Positions 56,730-64,000 of a stretch of DNA of 64,000 nucleotides are shown here, in pieces. Source of the stretch: Flavobacteriales bacterium (lineage in GTDB: Bacteria > Bacteroidota > Bacteroidia > Flavobacteriales > BACL11); contig JAAZYM010000060.1 in the NCBI GenBank assembly GCA_014239655.1, positions 2,023 through 66,022 on the forward strand, given 5' to 3'. Made by a program: the position numbers and the translations under genes. Positions within the stretch are counted from its first letter, which is position 1. Each line of letters opens with the position of its first letter. The notes below the pieces were generated by a model. It was not told the DNA's origin. It was given only the letters and a program-made list of their open reading frames with translations, and made no database searches.

Positions 56730-59111
56730 TTAAAAATTAAAATTCCACGTTATAGATGGTAAGATTGGGAATATTGAGACTTGATATGCTTTAGGCTCAA
56801 CATTACCATTTTGTATATTTTGATTTTCTCCATTTTCATCTATACCTTCAAGTGCAAAATAGATAAAATATGGGTTCTTTCTTGAGTATACATTATATAT
56901 TGAGAAGTTCCATGAAGACTTGAATTTCTTCTTTTTCTTAGATGGAGTATATGTTGCGCCAATATCCATTCTGTGATAGGGATCCATTCTAAATCCATTT
57001 CTAGAAGTGTATTGTGTATAAACATCTCCACCTATTACATATCTTTCTGTTGGAAGAGTTATAGAGTTTCCAGTTGCATAAACAAATACACCACTCAGAA
57101 CCCATGATTTAGAAAGTTTATGTGTAGCTGTTATTGACAGATCATGTCTTCTGTCATATTTTGCTGGAAATTCCAATCCATTATTCACTTCATCAAAATA
57201 TCGTGTAGTTTTAGATAATGTATATCCTATCCATCCTGTTGTTTTTCCTTGATTCTTTTTTAATAGTATCTAAATACCATAGGAATCTCCATTTCCAAAT
57301 GTGAATGAATTATCACTACTTGTATTAGTATTATCTTCAGGAAGATAACCCTCTTTATATTCAATTAAATTTGTCATTTCTTTGTAGTAAGCTTCTAGGG
57401 AAGTTTCATACATATTGTCTTTGAAGTTTTTGAAGTATCCAATTGCGTATTGTTTTGCAAATTTTGGTTCTATTACAGTTGAGCTAGGCACCCATAGATC
57501 AGTAGGGAGACTTACAGATGAGGTTGAAGCTAAATGTATATATTGATAATTCTCTGTATAAGATGCTTTTACTGAACTTGTTGTGTTTAATCTATATCTT
57601 AATGAAAATCTCGGTTCAATATTTCTATAATTATCAGAGTTTAAAGACAAGTCATTTTTTATGTAATTAAATATATTGATTCTACCTCTATGTTGAAATG
57701 AAGAATATCTTAATCCAGCATTTATTTTTAAATCATCACTTAATTCAAAATCATCCGAAAAATAAAGAGCTCCTTCATTAGAATATTGTCTAAATATTTC
57801 ATCTGGAGCAAATTCAACATCTCCTGCCTTTCCAGTTGCATTTCCTGGAGTAAACTCATGGTATGTGTAATTAGTTCCAAATTTTATTGTATGTCTTTGG
57901 TTTGGTTGATATAGAAAGTCCACTTTAGTGTTCCAGTCATTAATACCTGAGAATATTTTAAATTCAAAATCACTCTGTCCTAGATTAAATTCAAATCTAT
58001 AGTCACTAAATATTACTGATGTATTCATAAATAGTTTATCATTAAATAAATGGTTCCATCTTAAGGATCCTGTTGCATTTCCCCATGGTATTTCAATCGC
58101 AAATCCATTGTCGCTATTAGCAAAATTAAATACATCACGCCCGAAGTACCCGCTTAAGAATAATCTATCTTTATCTGATATTCTATAATTGATTTTTGTG
58201 GTTAGATCATAAAAATAATATCCAGATCCAGAGAAAGCATTTGGTTCTCCTGTTTCTGGATCTATTTTATTAAGAAACGGTTTAGAGAGAACATCAATAT
58301 ATGTTCTTCTTCCTGATATAATAAAAGAACTTTTATCTTTTTGTACTGGACCTTGCAGAGTTAGTCTTGAAGATAGTAGTCCAATACCTCCATCTGCTTG
58401 GTATTTTTTATTGTTTCCATCTTTCATTGTTATATCTAATACAGAAGAAAGTCTACCTCCATATTCTGCAGGCATTCCACCTTTTATGATATTAATATCT
58501 TTAATAGCATCTGCATTAAAGACAGAGAAGAAACCAAATAAATGCGAGGCATTATATACTACAGCTTCATCTAGTAAGATAAGGTTTTGATCAGGCCCTC
58601 CACCACGAACATATAATCCAGAACTACCTTCACCATTTGATGTTATTCCAGGTAATAGTTGTGCTGATTTAAGTACATCAACCTCACCAAGTATTACAGG
58701 GAGTTGTTTAATATTACTTACCTCTATTTTTACTTGACTCATGTTAGAACTGGTTACATTTTTATCTAATTTTTCGCCAGTTACTAGCACCTCTTTTGTT
58801 ATTATAGTATTGTTTTGAAGCGAAACATTAATACGAGTGTTTTTGTTTAGGATGATCTTTTTTGTTAAAGATTCTAAACCAATAAATGAATAGGTAATGT
58901 TATATGTTCCTTCTTCGAGAGTTAGTGAATAGAAGCCATACTGATTTGTTACGGTTCCTTTTAATGTTTCTTTATCATATATTGATACTCCTATTAGATT
59001 CTCTCCTGACTCATCTTCTTGTACATACCCACTTATTGTATAGTTAGTTTGACCTAGTGTATTTATACTAAAAAAAATAAATATAAAAGTTATAAAGATG
59101 TTTGTTTTCAT
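56730..59111 (-). pseudogene. TonB-dependent receptor interrupted by one in-frame TAG (track ORFs 57270-59132 and 56730-57188 are one gene)
   Basis: The two ORFs are in the same frame. Reading through the TAG at 57270-57272 gives ...GNGDSYGI*ILLKKNQGKTTGWIGYTLSKTTRYFDEVNNGLEFPAKYDRRHDL..., a continuous and typical barrel sequence. The N-terminus has signal peptide, CarboxypepD_reg and plug; the C-terminus ends WNFNF. Confidence 0.75.
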
Positions 59112-59195
59112 TCTGATAAAAAAGTTTAGCAAATATATAATTACATTAAAATATAAATAGTGTTTTTTTAGAATTTAATAGGAAAGTTAAAGTAA

Positions 59196-61256
59196 TTAGA
59201 AGTTAAATATTTTTTCTAATTCTTTTTCAATTTTTATTGCGTTTGGGAGCATTCTTTCTTCTAGGCTTGAATTTAGAGGTATTGCAGGTAGATTCTCTGA
59301 GCCAATAACTTTAATTGCAGAATCAAGATAGTTAAAGCAGTTTTGTGAAATTCTTGATGCTAATGATTGAGCAAATGAGTTATTACTAGGCTCTTCACTT
59401 ACTATTATGCATCTACCATGTTTTTTTACACTTTCATAGATCAATTTTTCATCTAAAGGATATAATGTTCTTAAGTCAATAATTTCTATCTGATTATTGA
59501 ATTTTTTTGCAGCAGTTTTAGACCAATACACTCCCATTCCATAGGTAACTATACATATACTATTTCCATTCTCTATCATTTTTTTTGAGGCATTTAATAA
59601 TATATTGGCTTTTCCTAATGGTAAAATATAATTTTTATCTGGTTCGATTGTTTTTGTTTCTTCAGTTCCTTTTATTTTCCCCCAGTATAATCCTTTATGT
59701 TCAAGAATAACTACTGGATTAGGATCATAATATGCAGCTTTCATGATACCCTTTAAATCAGCAGCATTTGAGGGGTATGCTATTTTTATTCCATGAATAT
59801 TTGTTAGTATTGATTCAACAGAAGAGGAATGATATGGTCCCCCGCTTCCATAGGCGCCAGTTGGAACCCTAATAATACAACTAACAGGCCATTTACCATT
59901 AGAAAGATAATAAGATCTGCTTACTTCAGTAAATAATTGATTTAATCCTGGCCATATATAATCTGCAAATTGGATTTCTACAATTGGTTTTAACCCTACT
60001 GCTGACATACCAACAGTGCTTCCAATTATAAATGCTTCTTGTATTGGTGTGTTAAAAACTCTTTTATCTCCAAACTTTTCACCTAATGTAGCTGCTTCTC
60101 TAAAAACACCACCTAGTCTTTTTCCTACATCTTGTCCATATAAAAGACATTCTGGATGGTCAGTCATTAATTCTTTAATGGCAAATATGGCAGCGTCTAC
60201 CATAAAGATTGGCTTATTTTTATCTGATTTTACATTTCCTTTCTCCTCTTCTATTTTAGTAGGCGCAAACTTGAAGTTAAATAAATCTTCTTCTTTTGGG
60301 TCTTTAGCTTCTAGCGCTCTTTTAAATTCTTTTTTTATGCTTTCTTTTATATCTTTTTTAATTTTATTTAATTCATGTTCTTTAAATCCATTGGAAATTA
60401 AAAGTTGTTTTAATTTTGGAAAAGGATCTCTCTCTAATGATTCTTTAATATCATCTCTATACCATTCCATTCTTACTCCAGAGGTATGATGGTTTAATAA
60501 TGGTACTTTAGCATGTATAAGTATCGGTATACTTTTTTCTCTAATTTCGTTTATTGCTTGTGATACTATTGAATAAGATTTTTTAAAATCTGTTCCATCT
60601 ACTGTATAGCTTTTAATACCGAATCCTTTTGCATATGTAGATGCATCAACAGCTCTTGTCTCTGATGAATGAGCAGAAATATCCCATTCATTGTCTTGAA
60701 CTAAATATAGAATAGGTAATTTCTTAAGGGCTGCCATTTGGAAGGCTTCTGAAACTTCTCCTTCTGTTATAGCTGCATCACCAAAAGAACATACAACAAT
60801 TGGTTTATTATCCTTAGATAGATTAGGAAAGTTGTTTTCATATTTATATTTAATTCCTAATGCTATACCTGTTGTTGGAATAGCTTGCATTCCAGTTGCC
60901 GAAGATTGATGAATAATCTTTGGCATAGTTTCTCTTTTTAATGAAGGATGAGAATAATATGTTCTTCCTCCAGAAAAGGGATCATCTATTTTACACAGTA
61001 ATTGTAACATTAGTTCATATGGGCTGATTCCAATTCCTAATAAAATAGAGTCATCTCTATAATATGGAGAAACCCAATCATTTTTATTTAGTTGTAGAGA
61101 CAAAGCTAATTGAATAACTTCATGGCCTTTTGATGTTGCATGAACATATTTGGATGTGATATCCTTATTAAGTTCATAGATTTCACTAAGTGATCTAGCA
61201 GCACATAATAAGGTATATGCTTTTTTTAATATTTCTTTTGAAATTGTTTCTGACAC
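59196..61256 (-). CDS. Fused alpha/beta E1 component of a 2-oxoacid (branched-chain type) dehydrogenase, TPP-dependent
   Basis: 686 aa. The N-terminal half has the TPP motif (GDAAITEGEVSEAFQMAA...NEW). The C-terminal half is transketolase-pyrimidine/beta-subunit like (FNTPIQEA, IQFADYI). Apparent GTG start at 61254-61256. Confidence 0.8.
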   Translation of the reverse strand: MSETISKEILKKAYTLLCAARSLSEIYELNKDITSKYVHATSKGHEVIQLALSLQLNKNDWVSPYYRDDSILLGIGISPYELMLQLLCKIDDPFSGGRTYYSHPSLKRETMPKIIHQSSATGMQAIPTTGIALGIKYKYENNFPNLSKDNKPIVVCSFGDAAITEGEVSEAFQMAALKKLPILYLVQDNEWDISAHSSETRAVDASTYAKGFGIKSYTVDGTDFKKSYSIVSQAINEIREKSIPILIHAKVPLLNHHTSGVRMEWYRDDIKESLERDPFPKLKQLLISNGFKEHELNKIKKDIKESIKKEFKRALEAKDPKEEDLFNFKFAPTKIEEEKGNVKSDKNKPIFMVDAAIFAIKELMTDHPECLLYGQDVGKRLGGVFREAATLGEKFGDKRVFNTPIQEAFIIGSTVGMSAVGLKPIVEIQFADYIWPGLNQLFTEVSRSYYLSNGKWPVSCIIRVPTGAYGSGGPYHSSSVESILTNIHGIKIAYPSNAADLKGIMKAAYYDPNPVVILEHKGLYWGKIKGTEETKTIEPDKNYILPLGKANILLNASKKMIENGNSICIVTYGMGVYWSKTAAKKFNNQIEIIDLRTLYPLDEKLIYESVKKHGRCIIVSEEPSNNSFAQSLASRISQNCFNYLDSAIKVIGSENLPAIPLNSSLEERMLPNAIKIEKELEKIFNF

Positions 61257-62012
61257 CTACTTATTTTTAAATAGTGCAATAGCATTTTTAGTGAAACTTG
61301 ATAAGACTAATTTACCACTAAATTCTGCCCTCTCTTCTAGAAGATTTTCCCAGTGATTATAGTCTTCCCAGAAGACTTCTTTTAGTTTTTTCATTGCTTC
61401 TGGGTTAGATTTTGACAATGTTGCTGCTAGCTTTGCTATTTCTTGATCCATCTCTTCAGTAGAGTCAAATATCTCTGAAAACATTCCTTTTTCTTTTGCC
61501 CAGGATGGGCTAAACCATTTTGTAGCATTTATTGAAAGTGTTGAGTACGCAGATAATCCTGATCTTCTTTCAACTGCAGGTCCTACTACAAAGGGACCTA
61601 TTCCAATAGCTAATTCACTTAATTTAATAGCTGAATATTTAGTAGCAAAGCAGTAATCTGCTGCGCATGCCATTCCGACTCCACCACCAACAGTTTTACC
61701 TTGAACTCTACAGATAATCAATTTAGGGCATTTTCTTGATGCATTAATAACATTTGCAAAGCCCATAAAGAATTTTTTTCCCTCATCAATATTTGATATG
61801 TTGGTTAATTCATCAAAAGAAGCACCAGCACAGAATGCTCGATCTCCTTTGCTTTTCAAGATGATGACATTGATATCATCATTCTTCCCGCAATCTGTAA
61901 TTGTTTTAGCTAAGCTATCTAGAATTTTTGATGGTAGTGAGTTGCTTTGTGGATGAAAAAATTCAATTGTGCCGATATTATTTTCTATATCTAGTCTTAC
62001 AGAACCTTCCAT
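61257..62012 (-). CDS. Enoyl-CoA hydratase/isomerase (crotonase) family protein
   Basis: Crotonase oxyanion-hole pattern FCAGASFDE and GKTVGGGVGMACAADY. The start is set at the ATG at 62010-62012; the track start is a TTG. Confidence 0.8.
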   Translation of the reverse strand: MEGSVRLDIENNIGTIEFFHPQSNSLPSKILDSLAKTITDCGKNDDINVIILKSKGDRAFCAGASFDELTNISNIDEGKKFFMGFANVINASRKCPKLIICRVQGKTVGGGVGMACAADYCFATKYSAIKLSELAIGIGPFVVGPAVERRSGLSAYSTLSINATKWFSPSWAKEKGMFSEIFDSTEEMDQEIAKLAATLSKSNPEAMKKLKEVFWEDYNHWENLLEERAEFSGKLVLSSFTKNAIALFKNK

Positions 62013-62013
62013 A

Positions 62014-62760
62014 CTACTCAATTATAAGTTTTTTCTCTACCTTACCATCTTCATAGATGATAATATTTAAGTTTTTTGATTTAGCTTTTATTGGTTTTCC
62101 TGATAGGTCAATACTTTTAATTATTTTTTTATTATTAATAATAGAAGAATTCTCGATTCCAGTAAAGCATGAGTCTACTTGAACATCTTGTATTAATGAG
62201 TCTACACAATATAGTCCATTCCATTGTAATTCTGAAACAATAAAGATAACAGAATGAACTCCAGCATAATTAAATGTGGCTGTACAATTTGGATTAACAG
62301 CATTAGGAGGATCAGCATCTCCAAAAAGATACATCCATGTTGATCCTGAGTTTAAAGGAGGTGTTCCATCACCAGGACTAGAAACATCGATAAAGTTTGT
62401 TGGATCTCCTGAACAAACAACATCATTAATAAATGCAGCTGTTGGAGGACAAAATATTTCAACATTAATTGTTGTGTCATCCTGCATCCCATCTGCGTCA
62501 GTTACAGTTAATGTGATATCATAATCACCACATTGAGAAAAGAGATAGTCTGCATTTTGTTGAGTTGAGATTGTACTTCCATTATATTGCCAGTCCCATG
62601 TAACTATTGGGTCACCAGTATTTGGATCTGGATATGAGAAATCTGTTAATAAGATTGATGCTCCTAAACATACAGGATTAAATATAAAACTAGCAGTCGG
62701 TCCAGTTTGTGAAAATAGTATGTTTGGTATTAATGTTAATAGTATTAGTATTCTTTTCAT
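62014..62760 (-). CDS. Small secreted PKD-repeat protein with short T9SS-like C-terminus
   Basis: Signal peptide. Two PKD-like repeats (P.A.F....VC.G....F.D.S ... Y.F...G.Y.ITLTVTD..G). The C-terminus ...IIIYEDGKVEKKLIIE ends like the T9SS CTD of the 45090-46709 protein (...KKKIIIE). Confidence 0.6.
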   Translation of the reverse strand: MKRILILLTLIPNILFSQTGPTASFIFNPVCLGASILLTDFSYPDPNTGDPIVTWDWQYNGSTISTQQNADYLFSQCGDYDITLTVTDADGMQDDTTINVEIFCPPTAAFINDVVCSGDPTNFIDVSSPGDGTPPLNSGSTWMYLFGDADPPNAVNPNCTATFNYAGVHSVIFIVSELQWNGLYCVDSLIQDVQVDSCFTGIENSSIINNKKIIKSIDLSGKPIKAKSKNLNIIIYEDGKVEKKLIIE

Positions 62761-64000
62761 TATTTATTTTTTTTTATCATAGTTAGGATTGTTGCAAGCA
62801 TAACTGTTTCGTTTTCTTCATCATAAACATCAACTAAAAACTTAACAATACCTTTTGAATAGTCTTCATCATCCTTTTTTTCTTGAGTTATCTTTTCTTT
62901 TGCAGTAAATCGCACTCCAATAGTCATTCCAGGATAGACAGGCTTAGTAAATCTGCATTCATCAATACCATAATTTAAAAGCACAGGTCCTTTTTGTGGG
63001 TCTACAAATAATCCTGCTGCTTTAGAAAGAATAAAATATCCGTGAGCGACTCTTTCTGTAAATATAGTGCCTTCTAATGAATTTTCGTCCATATGAGCAT
63101 AAAATTTATCTCCGCTTAGATCAGCAAATTTTTCAATATCATCCAGTGTTACTGTATGTTTGTCAGTAATTACTGTATCTCCAATGTTTATTTCTTCAAA
63201 ATGTTTACGAAATATGTGAGGCCCTTGCGTGTTTTGTTTTGCTCCAACTTGATATTGTTTAGTTATTGATGTTATAGTAGTTGGATGTCCTTGTATAGCG
63301 GTTCTTTGTAAATAATGTTTAATTCCTCTAATTCCACCCATTTCTTCTCCTCCTCCTGCTCTTCCAGGACCACCATGAGTTAGAAGTGGCATTGGAGAGC
63401 CATGCCCAGTACTTTCTTTAGCACATGCTTCATTTAAGATTAGTATTCTACCATGCATAGATGCTGCTCCTGTAACGAATTCTTCTGCGATTTTCATATT
63501 ATTAGTGATAATAGAACATACTAAAGATCCTTTACCCATTCTAGCAAGTTCTATAGCTTCACTTATGTTTTTATATGGTAGTATAGTAGATACAGGTCCA
63601 AAAGCCTCAATGTTATGGCAATCTGTTTTATTGAAAGGATCATTGTTTATAAATAGTATAGGGGACATAAAAGCTCCTTTGTTTTTGTCTGCTCCTATTA
63701 CCTCAAATTCTTCTAAACTCCCAAATACTATTTCTTGAGATTTAGCTAGTTGATTTACTTTTTCTGTTACTTCTTCTTTTTGATCATTTCCAGCTAAAGA
63801 TCCCATTCTAACACCTTCAACTGATGGGTCTCCAATAGTAGTTTTAGCAAGTCTTTGGCCAAGTGCTATTTGTACATCTTCTATAAGTATTTCAGGCACA
63901 AGTATTCTTCTTATAGCAGTACATTTTTGTCCTGCTTTTACAGTCATTTCTTTTTGTACTTCTTTAATAAAAATATCAAACTCTGCAGTTCCAGGAACAG
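62760..64000 (-). CDS. paaZ: Bifunctional aldehyde dehydrogenase / MaoC-type hydratase PaaZ-like protein, N-terminus outside the window
   Basis: ALDH catalytic Cys region VKAGQKCTAIRR and the EE.FGPV motif (IEAFGPV), followed by a C-terminal hot-dog MaoC domain. The frame remains open from 63947 to base 64000 (VPGTAEFDIFIKEVQKE precedes the track Met). Confidence 0.8.
   Translation of the reverse strand, partial: VPGTAEFDIFIKEVQKEMTVKAGQKCTAIRRILVPEILIEDVQIALGQRLAKTTIGDPSVEGVRMGSLAGNDQKEEVTEKVNQLAKSQEIVFGSLEEFEVIGADKNKGAFMSPILFINNDPFNKTDCHNIEAFGPVSTILPYKNISEAIELARMGKGSLVCSIITNNMKIAEEFVTGAASMHGRILILNEACAKESTGHGSPMPLLTHGGPGRAGGGEEMGGIRGIKHYLQRTAIQGHPTTITSITKQYQVGAKQNTQGPHIFRKHFEEINIGDTVITDKHTVTLDDIEKFADLSGDKFYAHMDENSLEGTIFTERVAHGYFILSKAAGLFVDPQKGPVLLNYGIDECRFTKPVYPGMTIGVRFTAKEKITQEKKDDEDYSKGIVKFLVDVYDEENETVMLATILTMIKKNK

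Noticed and set aside
57270-57272. The possibility that the in-frame TAG reflects a reassigned stop codon or alternative genetic code.
   Set aside because: TAG is used as an ordinary terminator elsewhere in the window, for example at ettA (10436-10438), the tlpA-like gene (31783-31785) and the crotonase (61257-61259). Those protein ends look complete. No other gene shows internal TAGs.
1-64000. About 30 short track ORFs (60-157 aa) lie inside longer genes. Most are antisense: 2492-2683, 5708-5995, 10694-10885, 11375-11563, 11761-12462 (three ORFs), 14579-14815, 15915-16139, 16649-16870, 18816-19112, 23421-23639, 28364-28549, 29009-29266, 29955-30269, 30788-31111, 37845-38336, 39695-39913, 40741-40932, 42599-42781, 47652-47912, 50240-50446, 52379-52570, 53571-53753, 54283-54498, 55229-55432, 55958-56209, 60016-60489, 62276-62524, 63505-63738. 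One, 56840-57031, is on the same strand in another frame.
   Set aside because: Each is fully embedded in a long ORF with strong motif support. Their translations are low-complexity (Ile/Phe/Ser/Leu-rich), as expected from reading AT-rich coding DNA in the wrong frame. None has a recognisable motif or its own intergenic space.
1-64000. CRISPR arrays, IS elements or transposases, prophage genes, restriction-modification or other defence systems, rRNA genes, and large direct or inverted repeats.
   Set aside because: None was recognised when reading the intergenic regions or the ORF translations. All intergenic gaps longer than 100 nt are accounted for by rnpB, rpmH, a small membrane ORF, the 6S candidate or promoter regions. 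I cannot exclude dispersed short repeats without a computational self-comparison.

Overview
This is a strongly AT-rich, very gene-dense chromosomal segment. It looks like a streamlined member of the Bacteroidota, class Flavobacteriia. Supporting evidence: T9SS C-terminal sorting domains, three CarboxypepD_reg-type TonB-dependent receptors (one paired with a DUF4249-like lipoprotein), DUF3822/DUF4834-like genes, and TAnnTTTG -7 promoter boxes.

Most of the window is housekeeping: plsY, clpS, tRNA-Arg, mpl-like ligase, ettA, lptF/G-like, tgt, RNase P RNA, rpmH, carB, nadC, rdgB, coaD, rsmD, purL, arsC, zapA, pdxH, fmt, recQ, trxB, a fused keto-acid dehydrogenase E1, a crotonase and a partial paaZ. 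I found no transposase, integrase, prophage, CRISPR array, toxin-antitoxin pair or recognisable defence system, so I cannot honestly claim a clear-cut novel system.

The regions most worth a second look are:
1. Two operons converging on a pair of 3'-overlapping sulfotransferase genes. They contain YfhO-like, GT, flippase, GT2 and AsnB-like genes.
2. An M1 metallopeptidase fused to an Omp85-type beta-barrel.
3. Three tandem, overlapping, paralogous small 4-TM proteins translationally coupled to a thioredoxin-type ArsC, with no other ars genes nearby.
4. A roughly 190-nt rod-like RNA plus terminator immediately downstream of zapA (6S RNA candidate).
5. A TonB-dependent receptor interrupted by a single in-frame TAG.
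6. A gene whose obvious ATG is out of frame by one base in an A7 run.
7. Convergent genes that systematically abut or overlap, leaving no room for terminators.

All functional calls rest on motifs read by eye in the translated ORFs. No database search was run.
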